Of a DNA stretch of 64,000 bases, positions 44,608 through 54,586 are shown in pieces. The first letter of the stretch is position 1; each line of letters starts with the position of its first letter. The DNA lies in the NCBI GenBank assembly GCA_963929535.1, contig CAWVIZ010000009.1, positions 150,433 to 214,432 of the forward strand, written 5' to 3'. Position numbers and translations under genes: made by a program. This DNA is from an uncultured Lachnospiraceae bacterium. GTDB taxonomy: Bacteria; Bacillota; Clostridia; Lachnospirales; Lachnospiraceae. The notes below the pieces were generated by a model. The model was not told where the DNA came from. It worked only from the letters and a program-made list of their open reading frames with translations, and ran no database searches.

Positions 44608-47025
44608 TTACTGCCTAAGCTGAATTCCCAGTCCTTCCAGGCCGTTGAGGATCTTCTTCATGGCAGCCGTCACTTCTGCCTCCTCCAGCGTTTTCTCTTT
44701 GGAACGGAAGGTGATGGAATAAGCCACGGACTTATAACCCTTCTGGATCTGATCTCCCTCATAGATGTCGAACAGCTCATAATTCTCCAGGATTTTTCCG
44801 CCTCTCTGGGCAATGATCTGCTCGATCTGTCCCACCATGATCTCTTTGGGAACCACCATGGAGATGTCTCTGTTCACTGCCGGGAACCGGGCGATCCCTT
44901 CATACTTCCGGTCAAATGTAGCATGTTTTACCACCTGGAGAATATCGATCACCGCCACGTAAGCTCTTGTTCCGATACCGTAGTTGTCCGCCGTCTGCGG
45001 ATGTACTTCTCCCAGATAACCGATCTCATCTCCTTCATAGCGGATCAGCGCCTGACGGCCGGGATGCAGGAAATTCTTTCCGGCTTTCGGATCATACTCC
45101 ACCTTGCTGTGCATACCCACCTTGTCAAAGAATTCCTCTACAACTCCCTTCATATCGAAGAAATCTCCATCGCCGTACATTCCCAGGGTAAACATCATCC
45201 GCTCCTGGGGAAGCTCTGTAAGGGGAAGCGCTTTGGGAAGGTAGATATTTCCCAGTTCATACAGCCGCACATTCTTGTTTCTCCGGTTATAATTTGTAGC
45301 CAGAGAGGTCAGCATCCCATTCAGGGAGATCGTCCTCATAATGCTGAAATCTTCTCCCAGAGGATTCATGATAGTGACAGCCTCCCTCTGGGGGTCGTTC
45401 TCATCCAGAAGCAGCTTGTCAAACACCTTGGGGCTTTCAAAGGAATAGCAGTATCCCTGGGAGAATCCGCAGTATTCCGCCACATCCCTGGCCGCCTCCT
45501 CGATCCGCAGCTTAAAGGGCAGCTTTCCTGTGGTAGCTTCACCGCTGGGTAAAGTGGTGGGGATATTATCATATCCGAAAAATCTTGCAACCTCCTCAGC
45601 GATATCCGCCGTCCGGTGAATATCCTGGCGGAAGGTGGGCGCCACGATCTCATTGGCAGACGCATCATAGGCCAGCTCCACCCTGGACAGATATTCCAGC
45701 ATCTGCTCCCTGGACAGATCCGTCCCCAGCAGGCTGTTGATCTTCTCCGGCTCAAAAGGCACCCGCACCGGCTCTCTGGTCTGGCTGCACGCATCCACCA
45801 TGCCCCCTACCACTTCACCGGCTCCCAGCTCTTCCATCAGCTGGCAGGCCCGGTCTATGGCTGCCTGGGCATTGTTGGGATCCAGCCCTTTCTCAAATTT
45901 TCCGGAAGCATCGGTCCGCAGGCCGATCCGTTTGGAAGAATGGCGGATATTGGTACCATCAAAGCAGGCTGCCTCAAACAGCACATTCTGTACACTGTCA
46001 GTGATCATGGAGTTTTCTCCGCCCATGATTCCGGCAATACCCACTGCTTTCTCACCATCACAGATCATCAGCACATTTTCGTCCATGACCCTTTCCTGAC
46101 CATCCAGGGTGACGAACTTCTCTCCGTTGGCCGCCCGGCGGACAATGATCTCGCGGCCTGCAATGGTATCCAGGTCATAGGCGTGCATGGGCTGTCCGTA
46201 CTCTTCCATCACATAGTTGGTGATATCCACCAGATTGTTGATGGGACGGATACCGTTGGAGGCCAGGCACCGCTGCATCCACTGGGGAGAGGGACCGATC
46301 TTCACATTCTTCACCACTCTGGCACAATAACGGGGACAAAGTGTTTCATCCTCCACCGTCACCTTCACGTAGTCATGAACATCCTCCTGATTTCCTGTGG
46401 CTTTCACCACCGGAGGATAAAAAGGCTTGCGGAAAGTGGCCGCCGCTTCCCTGGCGATTCCCAGCACACTGTAGCAGTCCACCCGGTTGGAAGTGATCTC
46501 ATATTCAAAGATCACATCGTCCAGTCCCAGAGCTTTCACCGCGCTTTCTCCCACCACGGCATCCTCCGGGAAAATATAAATGCCGTTTTCCGGAGCCTCC
46601 GGATACATCTCTCTGGAAGAGCCCAGCTCCTCAATGGAGCACATCATTCCGCAGGATTCCACCCCACGGAGTTTCCCCGCCTTGATCGGAATTCCTCCCG
46701 GCGTCATTTTTCCGTCATGGCCTCCCGCCACACGGCCGCCTGCCAGAACCACAGGCACCTTATCCCCTTCCTTCACATTGGGCGCTCCCGTAACGATCTG
46801 GATCGTCTCATTTCCCACATTCACCTGGCAGACGATCAGCTTGTCCGCATCCGGATGCTTTTCGATCTTCTCGATCTGACCGATGACGATCTTGTCCAGA
46901 TCCGCATCCAGCCGTTCATAGCCTTCCACCTTTGTCCCCGACAATGTCATGGCATCCGTATATTCCTGGGCCGTCACATCCAGATCCGGCACATACATTT
47001 TAATCCAAGATAACGATGTATTCAT
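44608..47025 (-). CDS. pheT: Phenylalanine--tRNA ligase beta subunit
   Basis: 805 aa with an N-terminal tRNA-binding domain, B3/4, B5 and FDX-ACB layout. It lies directly downstream of pheS. Confidence 0.95.
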   Translation of the reverse strand: MNTSLSWIKMYVPDLDVTAQEYTDAMTLSGTKVEGYERLDADLDKIVIGQIEKIEKHPDADKLIVCQVNVGNETIQIVTGAPNVKEGDKVPVVLAGGRVAGGHDGKMTPGGIPIKAGKLRGVESCGMMCSIEELGSSREMYPEAPENGIYIFPEDAVVGESAVKALGLDDVIFEYEITSNRVDCYSVLGIAREAAATFRKPFYPPVVKATGNQEDVHDYVKVTVEDETLCPRYCARVVKNVKIGPSPQWMQRCLASNGIRPINNLVDITNYVMEEYGQPMHAYDLDTIAGREIIVRRAANGEKFVTLDGQERVMDENVLMICDGEKAVGIAGIMGGENSMITDSVQNVLFEAACFDGTNIRHSSKRIGLRTDASGKFEKGLDPNNAQAAIDRACQLMEELGAGEVVGGMVDACSQTREPVRVPFEPEKINSLLGTDLSREQMLEYLSRVELAYDASANEIVAPTFRQDIHRTADIAEEVARFFGYDNIPTTLPSGEATTGKLPFKLRIEEAARDVAEYCGFSQGYCYSFESPKVFDKLLLDENDPQREAVTIMNPLGEDFSIMRTISLNGMLTSLATNYNRRNKNVRLYELGNIYLPKALPLTELPQERMMFTLGMYGDGDFFDMKGVVEEFFDKVGMHSKVEYDPKAGKNFLHPGRQALIRYEGDEIGYLGEVHPQTADNYGIGTRAYVAVIDILQVVKHATFDRKYEGIARFPAVNRDISMVVPKEIMVGQIEQIIAQRGGKILENYELFDIYEGDQIQKGYKSVAYSITFRSKEKTLEEAEVTAAMKKILNGLEGLGIQLRQ

Positions 47026-47040
47026 AATATCTGTTTCCTC

Positions 47041-48072
47041 CTAGAACTGTTTTAAGAACCGGTAATCATTCTCATACAAAAGCCGCATATCATCAATCTC
47101 ATATTTCAGCAGCGCAATACGCTCCAGGCCCACACCGAAGGCAAAGCCCGTATACTGTTCCGGATCAATGCCGCACATCTCCAGCACATGGGGATGCACC
47201 ATTCCGCAGCCCAGGATTTCGATCCAGCCGCTGCCCTTACAGAAACGGCAGCCCTTGCCTCCGCACTTAAAGCAGGATACATCCATCTCCGCGCTGGGCT
47301 CTGTGAACGGGAAATGATGAGGACGGAACTTGGTCTTCGTCTCCGGCCCGAACAGCTCCTTGGCAAATACCTCCAGGGTTCCCTTCAGATCCGCAAATGT
47401 GATATGCTTGTCGACCACCAGTCCCTCAATCTGATGGAAGGAGGGAGAATGGGTAGCGTCCACCTCATCGGAACGGAACACCCGCCCAGGGGCGATCATG
47501 CGGATAGGCAGTTTGCCCTGCTCCATCACACGGGCCTGCACCGGGGATGTCTGGGTTCTCAGCACGATCTCTTTGTTGATGTAGAAGGTATCCTGCTCAT
47601 CCTTAGCCGGATGGTCCGCCGGAATGTTCAGCTTCTCAAAATTATACAGATCATACTCCACCTCCGGACCTTCCACCACTTCATAACCCATGCCGATGAA
47701 GATCCGCTCTACTTCCTCCAGGGCTATGGTATTGGGATGCCGGTGTCCCACATTGGCCTTTCTGGCCGGCAGAGTCACATCGATCACCTCGGAAGCCAGC
47801 TGTGCTTCCCTCAGTTCCTTTTCCAGACGGCTCCTGGTCTCCTCCAGCATAGACTCGATCCTGGCTCTGGTTTCATTCACCATCTGTCCTACCCTGGGAC
47901 GCTCCTCGGCAGCCACATTTTTCATTCCTTTCAGAACTGCGGTAAGCTGTCCCTTCTTTCCCAGGAAGTTCACTCTCACATCATTCAGCTTATCCAGAGC
48001 GTCTGATTTTTCAATTTTGTCCGACGCATCCGCAAGAATCGCCTGCAGCGTCTCTTTCATACTATTGCTCAT
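47041..48072 (-). CDS. pheS: Phenylalanine--tRNA ligase alpha subunit
   Basis: Class II motifs ([31 protein letters not shown]). The start at MSNSMKE (48072) is behind AAGGAG; the upstream extension is unsupported. Confidence 0.95.
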   Translation of the reverse strand: MSNSMKETLQAILADASDKIEKSDALDKLNDVRVNFLGKKGQLTAVLKGMKNVAAEERPRVGQMVNETRARIESMLEETRSRLEKELREAQLASEVIDVTLPARKANVGHRHPNTIALEEVERIFIGMGYEVVEGPEVEYDLYNFEKLNIPADHPAKDEQDTFYINKEIVLRTQTSPVQARVMEQGKLPIRMIAPGRVFRSDEVDATHSPSFHQIEGLVVDKHITFADLKGTLEVFAKELFGPETKTKFRPHHFPFTEPSAEMDVSCFKCGGKGCRFCKGSGWIEILGCGMVHPHVLEMCGIDPEQYTGFAFGVGLERIALLKYEIDDMRLLYENDYRFLKQF

Positions 48073-48210
48073 GACCAATCTCCTTTTCTTTTCTGTATGC
48101 TGTAAGCCCGCGGTCCGATCTTGGTTTCCCTTCGGTCGGCGCATAACAGACATCCGCCGGACATCCTGCGCCCCTGCAAAGCGTTTTTATTTCATGGGAA
48201 CGCATTTCCT

Positions 48211-48278
48211 GTCAAATACCCCGCAGCAAGCTACGGGGTATCATACTTGCAGCGCAGCAGAGCTGCGGGGTATTTGAC
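48211..48278 (-). repeat. 17-bp perfect inverted repeat with a third 12-mer copy, inside the pheS leader
   Basis: GTCAAATACCCCGCAGC (48211-48227) and GCTGCGGGGTATTTGAC (48262-48278) are separated by a 34-nt spacer. An extra GCTACGGGGTAT at 48230-48241 allows alternative pairings. Confidence 0.8.
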
Positions 48279-48339
48279 CCTCGCGGCAGTCGCCAAATGG
48301 ACATGCAAGCATGTCCGCTTGGCTCGTTGCCCGCGGGAA

Positions 48340-48585
48340 TAAAAAAATCCCGCCCCCAAAGGGACGAGATAAACTCGCGGTACCACCCTGATTCCCGGAA
48401 CCTATGTCCCGGACACTCCGGCAGACTTAACGCGTCCTCACGTCTTTCCCTACTTCCATTCAGGAAAGAAGCTCCGGTGGGAACCTCAAGATATGCCTGA
48501 ACTTAAAAGGGCTTTCAGCCGGTGACCCCTTCTCTCTGAAAGAAAACATATCTCTACTGACACCTTCACAGCATTTTTCTGTCTT
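48340..48585 (-). promoter_or_regulatory. T-box leader of pheST
   Basis: On the minus strand: stem I region CAGAGAGAAGGGGUCACCGGCUGAAAGCCC, a UUC-containing candidate specifier region, T-box core GGGUGGUACCGCG (48376-48388), and a terminator stem 48348-48367 followed by U7 (48340-48347). Confidence 0.85.
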
Positions 48586-48590
48586 TTCTT

Positions 48591-48619
48591 ATTCTAGCCA
48601 TAATCGTCTGCGCTGTCAA
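48591..48619 (-). promoter_or_regulatory. Sigma-A-type promoter of the pheST leader
   Basis: On the minus strand, TTGACA (48619-48614) - 17 nt - TAGAAT (48596-48591). Confidence 0.65.
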
Positions 48620-48655
48620 GCTCTTTTTTCGCCGTACAGGCGTCCGCATAATGGT

Positions 48656-49570
48656 TCAGCCGTCCTTTTCGTCTTCCCGCCCTTCCCGGAGTCCCTCCAC
48701 AAATTCCCGGTATTCCATCCGGAGCCTTTCACTGGCCATCTGCTGCAGCCTCCGGAACCGTTCCTCAAAGTAGGCATTGATCTCCGCGCCGATGAGTACG
48801 ATATACATGCAGAAATACATCCAAAGCAGTACCATCACCATAGCCGTCAGGCTTCCGTACATACTGGACAGTCCGTGAAACACATCCAGATAAATGGAAA
48901 ATCCCAGCGAAAATAAAGACCAAGCCACCGCCGATATCACCGCCCCCGGAAGCTGGCTGCGCAGACTGGCTTTCCGGTTTGGCAGGAACTTATAGATCAG
49001 AAGGAACACAATGCACAGCAATCCCAAAGAAACTGCAGTCCTCATCCCGATGATGTAAGCCGCGATCCGTCCCAGCATGGGGATATACCTTTCCAGAAGC
49101 TTCTGGATACTGTTTCCAAATACCAGAAACAGCAGACTTCCCGCCACTGCCACCAGAAAGATCAGCGTATAAAAGGCAGAGCGTATCCGCATTACCAGGT
49201 AATTCCTGGTCTCCTCCACATGATAGATGGCATTCACCCCGTTGGTCAGCGCCTGGATCCCCTTCCCCGCACTCCACAGAGCAAAAATTGCGGAAACAGG
49301 CACCACAGCCGCAGATTTTGTAAATACCTCCCGGATGATCTGCAGTACAAAGCGTTGAAAATCTCCGCTGTCCGGCACCAGCCGGAGAAACAGTTCCGTT
49401 ACATTCTCCTGAGTCACCCACGGGATATGCTGCACCAGCGTTGTCAGAAGAATAATGAACGGGACAAAGGAGAGCAAAATAAAATAAGAGGCCTGAGCGG
49501 CAAACGCTCCCACATGGTCCGTCTTCAGCCTGGTCAGGAACCCTCTGATGATCTTAATATATCCTGTCAT
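48656..49570 (-). CDS. YihY/BrkB family membrane protein
   Basis: 304 aa, about 6 TM segments, and a YihY-like N-terminus (DHVGAFAAQASYFILLSFVPF). Confidence 0.8.
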   Translation of the reverse strand: MTGYIKIIRGFLTRLKTDHVGAFAAQASYFILLSFVPFIILLTTLVQHIPWVTQENVTELFLRLVPDSGDFQRFVLQIIREVFTKSAAVVPVSAIFALWSAGKGIQALTNGVNAIYHVEETRNYLVMRIRSAFYTLIFLVAVAGSLLFLVFGNSIQKLLERYIPMLGRIAAYIIGMRTAVSLGLLCIVFLLIYKFLPNRKASLRSQLPGAVISAVAWSLFSLGFSIYLDVFHGLSSMYGSLTAMVMVLLWMYFCMYIVLIGAEINAYFEERFRRLQQMASERLRMEYREFVEGLREGREDEKDG

Positions 49571-49723
49571 TCCATTTTCCTTCCCGTCATCCTTTCGTTA
49601 GATGCATCATATCAATTTTTTCCGGATCTTGCAAGAAGGAATCCCCGGACCGCATCCCCAGGGCGGGCATCCCCGCAATGCCGGCGCTAAGCGTGCGCCG
49701 CCGGCCCACGGTGTTCTTCCAGG

Positions 49724-49737
49724 GTAACAGTTCAGCC
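49724..49737 (-). repeat. Partial (half) copy of the hairpin repeat family
   Basis: GTAACAGTTCAGCC is identical to the corresponding 14 nt of copy B. The second hairpin arm is missing. Confidence 0.5.
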
Positions 49738-49760
49738 TTATGGATTGCTCCTCTTCCGGC

Positions 49761-51320
49761 TCAATCACAGGAAAACTGGATATTCTGATAGAAGACCTCC
49801 AGGATCTCCTCCCAGCTTTTTCCCGCCTGTGCCAGAGCTTTGGCTCCGTTCTGGCTCATACCCACCCCATGGCCATAGCCCCCGCCCTGAAAGGAATATC
49901 CCGTAAGCGTTTCTCCCTCATAAACCGGATCACAGAAAAAATAAGCGCTGGGAAGGATTTCCATAGACGTACTCTCCGACCCGTCATTGCACCGGACCGG
50001 AATATCCCCGGGAGATAAAAACTCCCGGATGGCATATTCATCATCCAAAATATGGCTTCCCGCATTCCCCGTGATCTCCAGCTTTGTTACTGCGCCTCCG
50101 CCGGAACGCTCCAGCACGGAAAGGGCTGTCAGCCCACCGATCTCCGGGCACGTCCTGTCCGCTGCCTCCTGCAGCCAGGAAAGAGGAAGCGTCACCTGCC
50201 ACCGGTACCATACATCTTCCTTTTCAAAGTCCTCCTCCTGGATCTGCGAGATAAAATCCCGAAAATCCTTCTCCTGTGACAGACCGCCTCCCACAGCGGC
50301 AGTCTCCAGCGCCTCTGGCTCCACAGCCTGCCGGGCCACCTCCACACTCCTCAGATACGGCGAAGCGCTTTCCGCTCCCCATACCTCATCGGTGCTTGTA
50401 TGGCCGCAGGAGGTGGAAAAAAAATAGGCCTGGATCGGCTGTCCCTGGTATGTCATGATAACACCCCTGGTACTGTCCACCGCCTCATCCGCCGCTTCCT
50501 GCCGTCCAATATTGTTATATACCTGAAAAGACACGCTGTCATCCACATCCGCCCCATACCCGGTGAGTCTCCTTTCCTGCATCTGCCTGACCGCATACGT
50601 TCTGGCACAGACTGCCTGGGCCCTCAGCGCTTCCTGAGGGTATTCCGCCGGCATCTCGCTGGGGACCACATATTTCAGATAGGTCTCCAGGTCCACCTGA
50701 TTCCGGATCAGAAAGCTTCCTCCCCGGTTGATCACCGTCAGCGTCCCCTGATAGGCAGGTATCCCCTGACTGCGCTCCAGAGACAAAAGGGAAATCCTTC
50801 CCTCTTCCTGCTCCACAGTAATCCTGGCGCTCTGCCCTTCGTCCAGCAGAGCAGATATTTCCAGGGGTTCACCGGCAGGGACTTCCATCTGCACATCTCC
50901 CGTCACCTGCAGCGGAACATTTCCCTGCACCTTCACTGATCTATGCTCATATGACTGAAAACCTTCGTCCATCAGCAGAACCTTCACCTGACCGGGAACC
51001 TGATATCCGCCGCTGACTTCCGCTGCGCGCTCCGAACCGCCTCCGGTTTCTGCTGTCTTCTCTTCCTGTTCTCCCTCTTTCCCGGTCCTGCCATCTTCCC
51101 GGCCGCCGTCCGCAGCATCCGACACTCCCATGCTGTCTCCTGCTTCACCAGTGTTTTCTCCCGCTGCAGCCTGTTCCCGGACAAGCTCCCGGTAAAACCG
51201 TTCCCTCAGCGAGCTTTCTTTCTCCCCGTAGAACACCATCAGCCCGGTCACTGCCAGAAACGCAGCGGTCATACACCAGCCAAACCATTTTCCGCTTTTG
51301 AAAAAATCCTTCATATCCAT
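49761..51320 (-). CDS. spoIID: SpoIID/LytB domain protein (stage II sporulation protein D-like lytic transglycosylase)
   Basis: C-terminal motifs CDPVYEGETLTGYSFQGGGYGHGVGMSQNGAKALA, an N-terminal TM anchor, and an acidic/Gly-rich linker. Confidence 0.8.
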   Translation of the reverse strand: MDMKDFFKSGKWFGWCMTAAFLAVTGLMVFYGEKESSLRERFYRELVREQAAAGENTGEAGDSMGVSDAADGGREDGRTGKEGEQEEKTAETGGGSERAAEVSGGYQVPGQVKVLLMDEGFQSYEHRSVKVQGNVPLQVTGDVQMEVPAGEPLEISALLDEGQSARITVEQEEGRISLLSLERSQGIPAYQGTLTVINRGGSFLIRNQVDLETYLKYVVPSEMPAEYPQEALRAQAVCARTYAVRQMQERRLTGYGADVDDSVSFQVYNNIGRQEAADEAVDSTRGVIMTYQGQPIQAYFFSTSCGHTSTDEVWGAESASPYLRSVEVARQAVEPEALETAAVGGGLSQEKDFRDFISQIQEEDFEKEDVWYRWQVTLPLSWLQEAADRTCPEIGGLTALSVLERSGGGAVTKLEITGNAGSHILDDEYAIREFLSPGDIPVRCNDGSESTSMEILPSAYFFCDPVYEGETLTGYSFQGGGYGHGVGMSQNGAKALAQAGKSWEEILEVFYQNIQFSCD

Positions 51321-51415
51321 AGTCTAGTATATGGATTTTCCCAAAAAACATACCCGCTTTCCCCCTGCAGTGAAAACGGGTATGCCAAATCCCAGATCAG
51401 TCCTTTTCCGATATC

Positions 51416-52465
51416 CTACTTAACGGAAAATCTGTAAACAGTTTTTGTATCGTACTTTTCCTGGGCTTTTAAAAACGGATGCTCAAAGTTGGGATCGTTC
51501 ACCGAATTGGGGAAAAACTGAGATTCCAGGCAGAAGCCCTGGCGTTTCTCATAGATCACGCCCTCCTTGCCCTTTAGTCCGTCGATAAAATTTCCGGTAT
51601 AGAACTGAACACCCGGACAGTCTGTAAGCGCTTCCAGACAGATCCCGCTCTCCCGGCTGTAAGCCCGGGCCATCCACTCCACACCATTTCCGGAACGATC
51701 CAGCACAAAATTGTGATCGTATCCTCCAGTCATCTGCAGCTGCGCGAAATCCCCGTCAATCTCTTCTCCGATCACCTTGGGTTCTCTGAAATCCATGGGA
51801 GTTCCCGCCACATCCGCCAGCTCTCCGGTAGGAATGGACTTGGAATCGATCACAGGTGTATAGCGTGACGCATTCAGCTGCATCAGCTGGCCGCAGACGC
51901 TGCCGGAAGCATGTCCCGACAGATTAAAGTAACTGTGGTTTGTCATATTGGCAACTGTATCCTGGTCGCAGCTCCCCTGGTAATGGATCTCAACAGCGTT
52001 CTCATCCGTCAGAGTATATGTAACCGTCACATCAAACGTTCCCGGGAATCCCTGCTCTCCATCCGGGCTTATCCGGTGAAATGCCACGCTGTTTTCCCCC
52101 GGACAGGCCTCCCACATCATATTATCGTATCCCATCGGACCGCTGTGAAGATTATTCTCGTTTTCATTCGGTGTCAGCTGAACCTTCTTTCCATTCAGCA
52201 TAAAGGACGCCTGATCGATCCGATTGCCGTTCCGTCCAATGGTCGCGCCGAAATGAGGGGTGTTCCTGGTCTCATAATCCTCACCGCTGTCAAATCCCAG
52301 CACCACATCTGTCAGTTTCCCTGCCCGGTCCGGCACCAGCACACTCACCAGAATCGCGCCAAAATCCGTCACCTTCATCACAGCGCCCTTTTCATTGGTC
52401 ACCGTATACAGAGAAATTTCCTGTCCCTCTTTTGTCTTTCCAAAGTTCTGTCTCGCTACACTCAT
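51416..52465 (-). CDS. galM: Aldose 1-epimerase (galactose mutarotase)
   Basis: Motifs NLHSG, NMTNHSYFNL, FCLESQ. The start at MSVARQ is behind GGAGAA. Confidence 0.9.
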   Translation of the reverse strand: MSVARQNFGKTKEGQEISLYTVTNEKGAVMKVTDFGAILVSVLVPDRAGKLTDVVLGFDSGEDYETRNTPHFGATIGRNGNRIDQASFMLNGKKVQLTPNENENNLHSGPMGYDNMMWEACPGENSVAFHRISPDGEQGFPGTFDVTVTYTLTDENAVEIHYQGSCDQDTVANMTNHSYFNLSGHASGSVCGQLMQLNASRYTPVIDSKSIPTGELADVAGTPMDFREPKVIGEEIDGDFAQLQMTGGYDHNFVLDRSGNGVEWMARAYSRESGICLEALTDCPGVQFYTGNFIDGLKGKEGVIYEKRQGFCLESQFFPNSVNDPNFEHPFLKAQEKYDTKTVYRFSVK

Positions 52466-52832
52466 CCTGTTCTCCTTCTGCCATCTGTTTCCTGGCCGGA
52501 ATCCCCCTCCCGCTTTCTGCGGCACACTTCTTACGGGAAATCCCTCTGCAGCCGTTCAGTTTTCTGCTTTGCTCTATAAACCTGAGCCGCCGCACTCCCA
52601 CATAGTTTTAAAGAGAGCCATTTGCATGACTCTCTCCTTATCCTTCGTAAAACCCGGAGTGCCGTTTCCCTTATTTTGACGCCTAGCCGAAGCCAGGTGG
52701 GCGACCGCAGTATCTCTTCTGTCTTCCGCTGCGTAATGGCGGCCTGACATCCAATCAACAATATAGGAATCCCATAAACGTAAATGTAGGTTCAAAATTA
52801 AGAGAGGGTCGCACACCCCAGGCATTACTTAC
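52466..52832 (-). ncRNA. Long structured 5' leader of galM or an independent ncRNA (class not recognised)
   Basis: It lies downstream of a near-consensus promoter. Domain 1 is closed by GCCUGGGGUGUGCGACC (52823-52807) pairing with GGUCGCCCACCUGGC (52706-52692). Domain 2 (52662-52592) has three nested helices: GCACUCC/GGGAGUGC, GUUUUA/UAAAAC, AGAGAGUC/GGCUCUCU. Confidence 0.45.
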
Positions 52833-52839
52833 TGTGTAT

Positions 52840-52868
52840 ATTATACATGAATCCTATTCGCTTTTCAA
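52840..52868 (-). promoter_or_regulatory. Near-consensus sigma-A promoter
   Basis: On the minus strand, TTGAAA (52868-52863) - 17 nt - TATAAT (52845-52840). Confidence 0.65.
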
Positions 52869-52980
52869 GCCAAAAAGGAATCCTGCGGATTCCTTTTTCT
52901 GACACCGGCAGCAAACTTCTGACAAATCCGCCAAATCCCGTCTGGTCTTTTCCAAAAGCAGCCGGGAAGCATACAGAAAT

Positions 52981-54474
52981 TTACCGGATCCCTAGAATCT
53001 GTCTCACGATCGCAGACATCTGGGATACCTCCACAGTGGTGTTATGAAGGACCGGGGCTGTGCGGATCTCCCTGACAGCCTTTGGTGTCCTGACGCCGGA
53101 AACCTGCTCCAGCTCATCCACAAGCTGAAAATCGTCCAGCCCTTCACAGGTTCTTTCGCCGATAGCCTCCATCACGCTTCTGGCAAACTTATAAGGGCTT
53201 GCCGTGGAAGCGATCACCGTTTTCGTCTCATCTCCGGTATCTCTCCGATATTTTTCATATACCGCAGCGGCCACAGACGTATGGGTATCGATCACATAAC
53301 CGCAGTTCCGGTAAATCCTCCGGATCATCTGCGCCGTCTCTTCCTCCGATGCGTAATTCCCATAGAAATCCTTCAGATTCTCCCGCATCTCATCCGTGAT
53401 CTCATATACACCGCCAGATGCCAGCGCTTCCATCATCCTGCGGTTCTTGTCCGCATCTTCCCCGCAGATCCGGTAAATCAGCCTCTCCAGATTGCTGGAG
53501 ATCAAAATATCCATCGACGGCGATGTGGTAAGGATAAACTCCCGGTTCCTGTCGTATCTTCCCGTGGAAAAGAAATCATAAAGCACCTTATTCTCATTGG
53601 AAGCACAGATCAGCCTGTTGATGGGAAGCCCCATGTTCTTGGCGTAATAGGCCGCCAGAATATTTCCAAAATTTCCGGTGGGAACCACCACATTGATCTT
53701 CTCGCCTTCGTCCAGCTCGCCCTTTTCAAACATCCTGGCATAGGCATACACATAATATACGATCTGGGGAACCAGCCGGCCAATATTGATGGAATTCGCA
53801 GAGGAGAACTGATAACCCGCCTTATCAAGCTCCGCTTTCATCTCCTCATCACCAAAAATTCTCTTTACGCCGGTCTGCGCATCGTCAAAATTCCCCCGGA
53901 TAGACACCACATACGTATTCTTTCCCTGCTGGGTTACCATCTGCCGCTCCTGAATGGCGCTGACACCATCTTTGGGATAAAAGACAATGATCTTTGTCCC
54001 CGGCACATCAGCAAAACCAGCCATGGCCGCCTTCCCCGTATCACCGGAGGTGGCTGTCAGAATCACGATCTCATTCTTTACCTGGTTTTTCTTTGCTGCT
54101 GTGGTAAGCAGATAAGGAAGGACAGACAGCGCCATATCCTTAAAAGCAATGGTGCTTCCATGGAACAGTTCCAGGTACCAGGCGCCCTCTGCCTTTTTCA
54201 GCGGCGCGATCTCCTCCGTATCGAACTTGGAATCATATGCCCGTTCAATACAGTCTCTCAGCTCTTCCTCTGTAAAATCCGAAAGGAAACGGCTCATAAC
54301 CTGGTAAGCCACCTCCTGATATGACATTCCTGCCAGCTTCTCCACCGGAATGTCAAGCCTCGGGATCTGCGTGGGAACAAACAATCCTCCGTCTTCCGAC
54401 AACCCCTTCAGGATCGCCTGGGATGCAGTTACCGTATCGTTGTTTCCTCTGGTACTTCTGTATAATACTTCCAT
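52981..54474 (-). CDS. thrC: Threonine synthase
   Basis: N-terminus YRSTRGN and the PLP lysine region FHGSTIAFKDMAL. The start at MEVLYRS is behind AGGAGAGG. Confidence 0.92.
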   Translation of the reverse strand: MEVLYRSTRGNNDTVTASQAILKGLSEDGGLFVPTQIPRLDIPVEKLAGMSYQEVAYQVMSRFLSDFTEEELRDCIERAYDSKFDTEEIAPLKKAEGAWYLELFHGSTIAFKDMALSVLPYLLTTAAKKNQVKNEIVILTATSGDTGKAAMAGFADVPGTKIIVFYPKDGVSAIQERQMVTQQGKNTYVVSIRGNFDDAQTGVKRIFGDEEMKAELDKAGYQFSSANSINIGRLVPQIVYYVYAYARMFEKGELDEGEKINVVVPTGNFGNILAAYYAKNMGLPINRLICASNENKVLYDFFSTGRYDRNREFILTTSPSMDILISSNLERLIYRICGEDADKNRRMMEALASGGVYEITDEMRENLKDFYGNYASEEETAQMIRRIYRNCGYVIDTHTSVAAAVYEKYRRDTGDETKTVIASTASPYKFARSVMEAIGERTCEGLDDFQLVDELEQVSGVRTPKAVREIRTAPVLHNTTVEVSQMSAIVRQILGIR

Positions 54475-54586
54475 GGATCTTAACCTCTCCTGCATTTTTC
54501 ACTTTTGCGTTGTAAATCGCTGTAGTTTCTGATTATAGCACAGCTCCGATCCACTGACAAGGGCAGGTTTGGGATGACTTTCCCGT

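Noticed and set aside
44068-47013. Two long plus-strand ORFs (494 and 465 aa)
   Set aside because: They are antisense to pheT. They are shadow ORFs.
48121-48500. Small plus-strand ORFs (73 and 67 aa) in the pheS leader
   Set aside because: They are antisense to the T-box leader, cross the terminator and inverted repeats, and have no ribosome-binding sites.
52574-52825. 83-aa minus-strand ORF in the same spacer
   Set aside because: Its start would lie about 7 nt from the predicted transcription start without a ribosome-binding site, and its composition is poor. Only the last 17 codons have a Shine-Dalgarno sequence, and that lies within a strong hairpin.
52466-52832. Possible SRP RNA, 6S RNA, RNase P RNA, tmRNA or a known riboswitch in the thrC-galM spacer
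   Set aside because: GUCAGGCCGCC...GCGGAAGACAG superficially recalls SRP helix 8, but the GGAA tetraloop and AGCAGC motif are absent. No T-box core, B12 box, TPP, SAM, glycine, c-di-GMP, ykkC or RAT signatures were seen. It is reported as an unclassified structured RNA instead.
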